A stretch of 39,398 bases of DNA, from positions 1-39,398 of the forward strand of contig JABLTJ010000031.1 in assembly GCA_013166775.1 (NCBI GenBank), read 5' to 3'. Position numbers and translations under genes: made by a program. Under the pieces are notes generated by a model, which searched no databases, was not told the DNA's origin, and saw nothing but the letters and a program-made list of their open reading frames with translations. Origin of the DNA: Promethearchaeati archaeon (GTDB lineage: Archaea; Asgardarchaeota; Heimdallarchaeia; Heimdallarchaeales; Heimdallarchaeaceae). Position 1 is the first letter of the stretch, and every line of letters starts with the position of its first letter. This document shows positions 9,949-17,547 of the stretch, in pieces.

Positions 9949-11379
9949 ATGACTGTTCAAGAGTGTGAAAGGTTGAAGAGAATAACCGCAAGAGATACTA
10001 GAATCTGTCAAACCTATCTTAGAATCATTAAACACAATGAGGAGAAACAAATCCTAGTAAATGGGGAATTTCGAAGACTAATCAAGAAGGATTTAACAGT
10101 AGACAAATCCATTTTGGATAAATTGACTTTAACTACTTCTAAAAGAACAACAGTTCCTCACGATTTGAAAAAACGCTATTCTCACTGTTCACATAATGAA
10201 TTCCAAGAATGTAGAGATAAAGCTATCTGGACTGATGAAAGTTGGAGAAAACTTCAAGCATATTCTACAATGGAACTGAAACGACCACAATTCAAGACGA
10301 AAACATCACGACCGATGTATCCAAGAATAACACAAGGCAGTTATACAGTAAGGGTTCATTTTGAATCCGGTAATACTGATGCTAAGCTTTGGTTAGAATT
10401 GAGAGACTCCCTTGATTCCAAAAAATCTAATAAGAGAATCCATAAGCGACTTAAGCTACCTTTAACTTATTCCCCTTATCACGAGAATAAACTAAAGCCA
10501 GAGCAAATAAAACAGATAGAACTAGTCTATAAATCCAAAGAACGACAGTGGTATGCACATTTCATTCAGAAATATTCTGTCCCTAGTTATCAGTCTACCA
10601 ACCCTCCAGCAGTTTTGGGAGTAGATCTAGGAATAAAGAAGACAGCTGTTGCAGTGTTACTTACCCCCAGAGGGAAAGTGATCATGGATGAACTCTGCTT
10701 CATTGTCAATAAGGAGAGACAATCGAAAATATGGCAACTCAATAAACGGATTAAGGATATTCAGAAAAAACTAGATACAAAGATAAACAATGGTCAATCC
10801 CATAACCAGCTTAACGTTAAACTTTCTCAATTGCGAAGAAAACGTCGTTCTATTACTGAACAGGAGCTGGGTTATGCTGTCAATCAACTTGTTGAGTTCA
10901 TTCTTCAGTTGAAGAAACAGTATAATCTGTTTGTCTCTGTTGGCTATCCTAAAGACATTCGCAAAAGTTACCTTCGTGGTAGTGGAAGCAAATCCCATCG
11001 ACGACAACTCCATAAGTGGTATTATCGTCTTTTCATCACTAAGCTGAAATACAAGCTTAAACGCTATGGATTTGAACCTCATCATGTAGTAGCAGTCAAG
11101 GAGAAAAATACCTCTAATACTTGTTCCAGTTGTAATTCAACAAACACTACCCGTACAGGACAAGGACAGTTCAATTGCCACAAATGCAAATACGAACTCG
11201 ATGCTGATCTGAATGGAGCAAAGAACATAGCAAAGAGGTTGATACGATATGCTTTGAAACCAAAACTACGCCATCCTTTGAAACCAAAGAACTACTATGT
11301 ATGGGACCTACTAACGAAAGACAACCATCCGATAGAGCTTTTTAAAAGTCTCCGGCCCCTAGGTAAATGGCTTAGGTGA
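9949..11379 (+). CDS. tnpB: TnpB-family RNA-guided endonuclease with rearranged RuvC-II (true N-terminus probably further upstream)
   Basis: RuvC-I LGVDLG (D226), bridge-helix region, VSVGYP (G332 at the usual Glu), VKEKNTSNTCSSC (E385 + CxxC), CHKC, RuvC-III DADLNGAKNI (D420). Confidence 0.9.
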   Translation: MTVQECERLKRITARDTRICQTYLRIIKHNEEKQILVNGEFRRLIKKDLTVDKSILDKLTLTTSKRTTVPHDLKKRYSHCSHNEFQECRDKAIWTDESWRKLQAYSTMELKRPQFKTKTSRPMYPRITQGSYTVRVHFESGNTDAKLWLELRDSLDSKKSNKRIHKRLKLPLTYSPYHENKLKPEQIKQIELVYKSKERQWYAHFIQKYSVPSYQSTNPPAVLGVDLGIKKTAVAVLLTPRGKVIMDELCFIVNKERQSKIWQLNKRIKDIQKKLDTKINNGQSHNQLNVKLSQLRRKRRSITEQELGYAVNQLVEFILQLKKQYNLFVSVGYPKDIRKSYLRGSGSKSHRRQLHKWYYRLFITKLKYKLKRYGFEPHHVVAVKEKNTSNTCSSCNSTNTTRTGQGQFNCHKCKYELDADLNGAKNIAKRLIRYALKPKLRHPLKPKNYYVWDLLTKDNHPIELFKSLRPLGKWLR

Positions 11380-11535
11380 TTCTGAAAAGAATACATCGTT
11401 TCGTTGGATCCGATGTGCAGGTCGAGAATCTGTCCTACCTTAGTTTGACAGGTTCTATAATGAGTGCCCTAAATCAAGAGATGATTCCAGAAGACCGGTA
11501 CTGTCACTCTATGACTTGTTCATCTTGTCATATTA
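11350..11535 (+). ncRNA. Candidate TnpB reRNA/omegaRNA overlapping the tnpB 3' end
   Basis: Consecutive hairpins: 11358-11376, ATTCT-GAAA-AGAAT at 11379-11392 (GNRA loop), 11393-11416, 11425-11456 and 11503-11515. This is the canonical position for a TnpB guide scaffold. Confidence 0.65.
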
Positions 11536-11549
11536 TACAGTTTTACTAC

Positions 11550-11570
11550 AATGAAGAATTATTCTTCATT
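11550..11570. repeat. Perfect palindrome AATGAAGAAT-T-ATTCTTCATT
   Basis: 10-bp arms with a 1-nt centre. The right arm starts a 15-mer that is repeated at 11780-11794. Confidence 0.6.
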
Positions 11571-11936
11571 CATTCTACGCTGGTTTAGGATGAGTCTTGA
11601 AATGACCTTCACAAAAATCTATTTCAGGTTTTTTTGAAGCGACTAACTCATGCAAAGGATTATCCCCATAAGATCCAATCAGTCATTCAAATCTTTGGAG
11701 ATATAACGGTTCTCATCAACCTTTAGCTGTTCCACAAAGAGATTCTTGACATTACATCTTCTCTCTCCTTTTCCTTTTTTTCTTCATTCATTCTCTTATT
11801 AGTTATCTTAGAAACACTCGGAATTATTTATGTCATTTAGGATTTACCTAAAAATGCAACAAGTGAAGGGCTAGATGTGTGTTTACAATAGTAAAAATAA
11901 GTTAATTTGATAAATATGTGAGTATATACACTATAC

Positions 11937-12398
11937 GTGCATGTCGGATTTATAGTAAAAAATGTATCTGGCCAAGAACTAGAAGGAAAATTGATTTCAA
12001 TCCCCAGAAAAGATAGGGAAATGTTTCCCAAAGAAGGAGTTTTATTTTTTATTGAGTCTTATGATGAATATTTTGGTTCTCATATTACAAAGAAGGGAGA
12101 GATTACGGGATTAGATGAATGGTTTTCCAATTATCCAGTCAAACAGAATGATACGATTATTATTTCCAAATACTCGGAGGGTTATTACCTTACAACAATG
12201 TCAGAAATAGTAGAGCAACAACAACACTTTGTAATAGAAATGGAAAGAATACTAGCATTAGAACCTGGTGATATTTTGTGTCCAAATTGTAGATATAATT
12301 TGGAACATGCAGGGAAAGGGACTAAAGATGATTCCTACATCTTAAAGTGTGCTCGATGTGGATTTACTTTGGTAAAAAAAAGTCATTTTGATATATAG
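11937..12398 (+). CDS. Hypothetical protein: B3/pseudobarrel-like N domain + C-terminal Zn ribbon
   Basis: LISIP..DREMFP...GLDEWF....VKQNDTIII pattern; CPNC...CARC. Confidence 0.55.
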   Translation: MHVGFIVKNVSGQELEGKLISIPRKDREMFPKEGVLFFIESYDEYFGSHITKKGEITGLDEWFSNYPVKQNDTIIISKYSEGYYLTTMSEIVEQQQHFVIEMERILALEPGDILCPNCRYNLEHAGKGTKDDSYILKCARCGFTLVKKSHFDI

Positions 12399-12436
12399 GT
12401 GAAAATATCCATGTATTATATGCATTTTTCTTTTGA

Positions 12437-13072
12437 ATGCATTTAATCTTCATGAAGCTTATGCTACATAATCTATGGATAGCTAAAGATACAGGTGAAT
12501 GTCTTTTTCATCGAAAGTATGGTAGCATAGAGCATGATGAGAATTTAATTACTAGCTTCTTAAGTGCAATAGAGATTTTTGCACAGAACATAGATGAGGG
12601 TTGTGATTTTCTTCAAACTTCAAGTTACAAGTTTGTTTATACAACTGGGAAAAACACTGTAACTGTAGCATGCATCGACAATTGTGACGATGAATCACTA
12701 GTGAGACAAGAAATTTCTTCCATTCAAGATGAGTTTATTAGTAGATACTCAAAAGATCTTGAAGAATGGAATGGCAGGGTTGAACGCTTTGGAGCAATGA
12801 AAGGTTTCGTTGATGATCATTTACATAAATATGGAAAACCAATCAAAAACATGTTAACGTCTAGACTAGAGCTAGATCCCTCAATGGGGAAGAGAGACAT
12901 GAATTTAAAGTTTAGTTTGCAACAAGATAAAGTGATTTCCCTCTTGAAATATAAAGGCGCAGCAACGATTGGTGAAATAGCAAAACTAATGAAACTCACA
13001 GAACCAGATACAGAAAAAGCTGCTAAAGCACTTCTTTATAACAATATTATCAGAGAAGTTGCGAATTCTTGA
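12437..13072 (+). CDS. Longin-like domain + C-terminal winged HTH protein
   Basis: N-terminal 'MLHNLWIAKDTGECLFHRKY...LITSFLSAIEIFA' longin-like pattern; C-terminal 'ATIGEIAKLMKL...KALLYNNII'. Confidence 0.6.
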   Translation: MHLIFMKLMLHNLWIAKDTGECLFHRKYGSIEHDENLITSFLSAIEIFAQNIDEGCDFLQTSSYKFVYTTGKNTVTVACIDNCDDESLVRQEISSIQDEFISRYSKDLEEWNGRVERFGAMKGFVDDHLHKYGKPIKNMLTSRLELDPSMGKRDMNLKFSLQQDKVISLLKYKGAATIGEIAKLMKLTEPDTEKAAKALLYNNIIREVANS

Positions 13073-13170
13073 AACTATAATATCGCATTTCATTTTTATC
13101 CTAATAATATTCATCAGTTAGTTTTTATAATTACTTTTCAATATTCAAACAAACAAATCTAAGTGATAAT

Positions 13171-13584
13171 ATGCAAGTATTTGCAGAAACATTTCAGTTC
13201 CAAACAGAGGGAGAAATAGATATAATCGATTTAACACATGAACTAGACAAATTAGTTTCAAAATCAGGTGTAAAAAAGGGAATGCTAACTGCTAATGTTA
13301 TTGGATCAACAGGAGCTTTGACTGCAATAGAATTCGAATCAGGAGTATTAGATGATTTTAGAAAATTGTTGGAAAAACTTGTTCCTAAAGGAGCAGGCTA
13401 TAAACATGATAGGATTGATTCAAATGCGCATTCACATTTAAGGGCATCTTTACTAGGACCTAGTCTTTCATTAGCTATTCATGATGGGAGATTACAGCTT
13501 GGTACATGGCAACAACCAGTCTTTGTTTGTCTAGATGTGCGCCCTCGATCTCGTAGAATTGCTGTCACAATAATTGGAGAATAA
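13171..13584 (+). CDS. yjbQ: YjbQ/UPF0047 family protein
   Basis: YKHD..DSNAHSHLRASLLG and LGTWQ motifs. Confidence 0.92.
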   Translation: MQVFAETFQFQTEGEIDIIDLTHELDKLVSKSGVKKGMLTANVIGSTGALTAIEFESGVLDDFRKLLEKLVPKGAGYKHDRIDSNAHSHLRASLLGPSLSLAIHDGRLQLGTWQQPVFVCLDVRPRSRRIAVTIIGE

Positions 13585-13588
13585 AATA

Positions 13589-13837
13589 ATGATTGCAGAT
13601 TATGCAGTAATTCGATGCACTAGGTTGAAATGTGGAAAATTCTGTTATTGTAAAGCAAAACAAAAAACAAAAAAATGTCCTTATTGTGGAAGAGTTGTAA
13701 AATTAAACAAAATCAAATCAATACCAGCGGAAACAACAGTTCATGCAAGAAAATTGGTTCAAGAGTTTAATAGAAAACTTGGTGAGCTTACTGAACCTAG
13801 TTGGTATAAAACAGAAGAAACAACGGATTCAAATTGA
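13589..13837 (+). CDS. DUF1922-like Zn-ribbon protein
   Basis: VIRC...CG..CY...QKTKKCPYCG. ATG at 13589 follows GGAG. Confidence 0.7.
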   Translation: MIADYAVIRCTRLKCGKFCYCKAKQKTKKCPYCGRVVKLNKIKSIPAETTVHARKLVQEFNRKLGELTEPSWYKTEETTDSN

Positions 13838-13921
13838 ACATTTGAAATCAAGATTACTAGAGTATTTATTTTATGCAATGCAGTCAAAATGTTTTTTTAG
13901 TAACTTTCATACTAATATTTA

Positions 13922-16186
13922 ATGTTGTTTTCCAAGGGCACTATAGAACTACTCAGTGATTCACCTTTCAAACAATTTGTTTTAATGGAATTAGAGAGAG
14001 AGAGAATATATCAATCTTTCATTCAAATTGATGAATTAGTAGAAATAAGCGAAATATGGACAAGTTTTTCCAGAATATGTGCGGATTCTCTTTCTGATGT
14101 TTCTTCATTAGCAAATCTTCTTTATCAGAGATTCTTGGATGAATGGACACGGGATAAATCACAAATTGAGAGTGATAAGGATAGAAAAAAAAATCTAACA
14201 TTCAAAATAGAAAATCTCCAAGAATTCCAAATGGAGCTAGCTATTCTAATGATCACATATGCAGATATTGTAAATACAGGAATTTTTGATACGGACCCAT
14301 CAGCAGAATACTGTAGCTCATATATTGAAGGACATCATATATTGAATAGCATTTCACAGACTTATTTTGATTCTACTCACCCTCGAGCTTCAAGTATTGA
14401 AGAGATTATGTTAACCTTTCTCTTACTAAATCAGAAACATCAGTTAATACAGATACTTGAGAAATCTCCTCAAAGCGAAACCAATAAACGTTTTATCGAA
14501 GAAAGTGGTTCTTATGAACTCGCATATTCAGAATTTGAAGTATCTTTTACAGCAGAACTATTAAACCGATTAGGAAAGGATTGGTGGTGGAAAGATCCGA
14601 TAGCATTGCATTTTGCTTTTGAGAAGAGTTTATCTCATTTACAAAAATCGTTTAGTTTCTATAAACAGTTACCTGAAGATCCAGAATTGAAGGCAAAACT
14701 GATTGAAGAAAATCTCATTCCAATTAACCAGGCCTTACGAGATAAAGAACTAATTGACCATTACTTCAGATTAAGCTATGAAGCTGCAAAGAATGATATC
14801 TTCATTGCAAGTGTGGAGTATCTTAATCTAGTTTTAGGATTAGAACAAGAAGCTCTTGAGATTATTTCAAAAAGCACTCAAACTTCAGAAAGAAACCTTA
14901 AACTGAAGGAGGAAATAATAAAAGATGAAAAAGTACACATATTTTTGCATAGTATAGCAGAACTAGCTTCAAAAACCTCTCAAATGATTGATATTATACC
15001 AACTGCAAAAAAAGATACAATTCAAGAATTAATCAAACAAATTGAAGAGATAGTGAATAGACCTGGTTTAAAGGCTAATATAAACTATGTGAGTAGTCTT
15101 CCTTTTGTTTATCTAAATTATGTCCAAGAGTTTAAAATAGCAATCTTAGAAAATATACCTTACCATAAAGCGACAGAAAGAGCGGAACAGAATTTTGCGA
15201 GATTTATTGAAAGGTTGGAATATGCTACTAATGATTTTGCGGTTCAACTAATGAATTTGGAGAAAAAGGGTAAAAAAATCAAAATAGAAGATGTAGAGAT
15301 TTTGATAGAAAATATCAAGAACATAAAACTCGCTGCATATTTTCTCCCAAAAACAGAGAAAAAAGTTTACATTGTTAAAGATATAGAATGTTTAGAGTTT
15401 ATAGCAGATTCAATTCATCTCGAACATTACCTAAGAGATAAGGAAACAAACGAAGTACTCGATCTAATTTATCATGCTAAAGCACATTATTATTCAACAA
15501 AAGCATTGGAAATTTCTCAACTTAGTGGAACATCTAATATAGATAGTAAATGGGTTGAACAGCGATATTCAAATACATTTATACAAGGACAAGATGTTGA
15601 GCTTAGATTATTTGAATTGGCAAGGCAATTTTTATTTCTTAATACTGTGATTGATAAACTTGCTCAGGGATACAAACTAGCTCATTCAAGAGAACCTTCA
15701 GTTAAAAGCAATTATCTTGCAATTATCAATAATACTTTCAAACACTTTGAATTATTTGACGCAATAAATTCAAGAATAGCAGCTGATTGCAAGGAACTAT
15801 TGGAACACAAAGAGCTCTTTAAAATAGATGATTCAGAAGTCAGTTGGAATACTATTGAAATTAAGAAGAACTTAGCTGATGCATTAATTCATTTCTTAGA
15901 AGCTACTAAAAATGCAATTCTTGCATTTGGGGCTGATACAAACAAAGAAAACTATAAAGCAGCAACTTATTTCAATGAAGCAGCAAAATTAGCAACTAAT
16001 TCTAGTGATATACTTCAATCAATTTCAGCTTATGAACAAACCTTTGTACAATTGGCTAAATCTACATACGAATTCAGCGTTTTATTAAAAGAATTGGAAC
16101 GAAAATCACGAGATTCAACTAAGCTTCAGAAATTACCAATTGAGCAATTATTTGGGGTACTGAAGCAACTAACCTTTCTTTCTTAA
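13922..16186 (+). CDS. Large all-helical hypothetical protein (754 aa)
   Basis: Long ORF, amphipathic helical composition, no recognised motif. Confidence 0.7.
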   Translation: MLFSKGTIELLSDSPFKQFVLMELERERIYQSFIQIDELVEISEIWTSFSRICADSLSDVSSLANLLYQRFLDEWTRDKSQIESDKDRKKNLTFKIENLQEFQMELAILMITYADIVNTGIFDTDPSAEYCSSYIEGHHILNSISQTYFDSTHPRASSIEEIMLTFLLLNQKHQLIQILEKSPQSETNKRFIEESGSYELAYSEFEVSFTAELLNRLGKDWWWKDPIALHFAFEKSLSHLQKSFSFYKQLPEDPELKAKLIEENLIPINQALRDKELIDHYFRLSYEAAKNDIFIASVEYLNLVLGLEQEALEIISKSTQTSERNLKLKEEIIKDEKVHIFLHSIAELASKTSQMIDIIPTAKKDTIQELIKQIEEIVNRPGLKANINYVSSLPFVYLNYVQEFKIAILENIPYHKATERAEQNFARFIERLEYATNDFAVQLMNLEKKGKKIKIEDVEILIENIKNIKLAAYFLPKTEKKVYIVKDIECLEFIADSIHLEHYLRDKETNEVLDLIYHAKAHYYSTKALEISQLSGTSNIDSKWVEQRYSNTFIQGQDVELRLFELARQFLFLNTVIDKLAQGYKLAHSREPSVKSNYLAIINNTFKHFELFDAINSRIAADCKELLEHKELFKIDDSEVSWNTIEIKKNLADALIHFLEATKNAILAFGADTNKENYKAATYFNEAAKLATNSSDILQSISAYEQTFVQLAKSTYEFSVLLKELERKSRDSTKLQKLPIEQLFGVLKQLTFLS

Positions 16187-16231
16187 CAATTCATCGAACG
16201 ATTTTTAAATCAGTATGAATAGCATCTTTCG

Positions 16232-17086
16232 ATGACTAATTTTCCTTTAGATGAGGAAACCAAAACCAAAATGAATCAAGCTTTTGATTTGGTTGAAGCA
16301 AGTAGGGGGGAACCGGATAAAGAATTGGATCAATATTATATAACTAAAGACTCTAGCATAAAAAGAGCCCTTTTAGTAGATCCAGAATCCTATCATGGAA
16401 AGAGGATCATCTTAATTGGTGATATGGATTTAACATCACTCTTTATTGGTATGTCATCAAAACCAAAAGATTTAGCTGTTTTGGATATAGATAGAAGAAT
16501 TCCTGAAATAGTTTTCAAAATGAAGTTTGATCACAAAATCCGAAATATTCGTTTCATAAATCACGATTTTCGCATTAGAATGATTGCTGTTCTAAAAAAC
16601 CAATTTGATTATGTCTTTCTGGAACCACCAATGACAAAAGAAGGGTTGGAATTGGGATTATCAAGGGCAGTTCAGTGTGCGAAAAAAGATTCCCTATCTA
16701 AGATTTTTCTATCATTTGATATAAAACAAGAAAAAGAAAGTCTCGTTGAGTCTTTAATTAATAAAATGAATCTAGAAAAGGTAGAAATCAAAGAAGAATT
16801 CAACAATTATGATTATTCAACTCCCTTAGGTAAGAAAAATTCTGATTTATTTGTATTAAGTGTCAAACCAAATTCTGAAGAAACAATTCCTAATCATTAT
16901 TTTGGTCCAACATATTATAGAGAGTGTATTAAATTCCCTCAACCTTACAGATGTAAATGTGGAGAGAATTATAGTATAAGAAAAGATGAAGAATTCACAA
17001 CAATAAATGATTTGGAGGAAAGCGGGTGCTCTAAATGTGGATATAAAGGACCATTCCTTTATGGATCGAGTATTGAAATTGAATAG
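16232..17086 (+). CDS. BpsA/DUF43-like aminopropyltransferase/methyltransferase fold with C-terminal Zn ribbon
   Basis: ELDQ, IILIGDMDLTS, VLDIDRR, HDFR, FLEPPMT..GL.L.LSRA resemble branched-chain polyamine synthase; CKC...CSKC tail. Confidence 0.7.
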   Translation: MTNFPLDEETKTKMNQAFDLVEASRGEPDKELDQYYITKDSSIKRALLVDPESYHGKRIILIGDMDLTSLFIGMSSKPKDLAVLDIDRRIPEIVFKMKFDHKIRNIRFINHDFRIRMIAVLKNQFDYVFLEPPMTKEGLELGLSRAVQCAKKDSLSKIFLSFDIKQEKESLVESLINKMNLEKVEIKEEFNNYDYSTPLGKKNSDLFVLSVKPNSEETIPNHYFGPTYYRECIKFPQPYRCKCGENYSIRKDEEFTTINDLEESGCSKCGYKGPFLYGSSIEIE

Positions 17087-17119
17087 AATAAAAAAAATGA
17101 AAATCTCAATGGTGATAGA

Positions 17120-17485
17120 ATGTCTGATACTACAAGAAAGAAAACAAAATGTGCAGTTTGTGATAGAGAACTTAATCTCTCAACTAAAATCATTGTAAAC
17201 GGGTGTCCTTATTGTGGTTCTTTCAAATTCAAAACTTTCAGAGAAAGTACAGAAGACGATGAGAAGAAACAAGAACTAGAGCTTATTGTAGAGAAAGAGA
17301 TTGGAGAAACAGACATTCAAGAGGGAGTGGAAGCAATAAGATTAACAAGTAATGGAGTATTTGAAGTAGATATTGACAAATTATTGAGTGAGAGTAAAGA
17401 TAATCAACCAATTATAGGTAGGAATAAAGATGGTTCTTATTATATCAAACTGCAATCTAAGAAAGAAAATGAAGAAAATGAATAA
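17120..17485 (+). CDS. oapC: OapC/DUF2072-like Zn-ribbon protein
   Basis: CAVC...IVNGCPYCGSFKF and VEAIRL..NGVFEVDIDKL...DGSYYI. Confidence 0.75.
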   Translation: MSDTTRKKTKCAVCDRELNLSTKIIVNGCPYCGSFKFKTFRESTEDDEKKQELELIVEKEIGETDIQEGVEAIRLTSNGVFEVDIDKLLSESKDNQPIIGRNKDGSYYIKLQSKKENEENE

Positions 17486-17547
17486 AAGCTCTCACTTGTC
17501 AAAAAATTTTAAACTATTAGAATAAAAAGAAGAGCGAGGCAACCTTC

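Larger units (their letters stand above)
9481..11532 (+). mobile_element. Non-autonomous tnpB-only element (IS1341-like; IS200/IS605 or IS607 lineage), ends approximate
   Basis: tnpB without tnpA, structured non-coding flanks, and related short motifs at 9481-9499 and 11510-11532. Confidence 0.55.

Noticed and set aside
9949-11379. Cas12f/Cas14 CRISPR effector
   Set aside because: No CRISPR array or cas1/2/4 in the window; the 3' hairpin scaffold fits TnpB.
11376-11588. 70-aa ORF after tnpB
   Set aside because: It coincides with the hairpin-rich putative reRNA and has no protein-like features.
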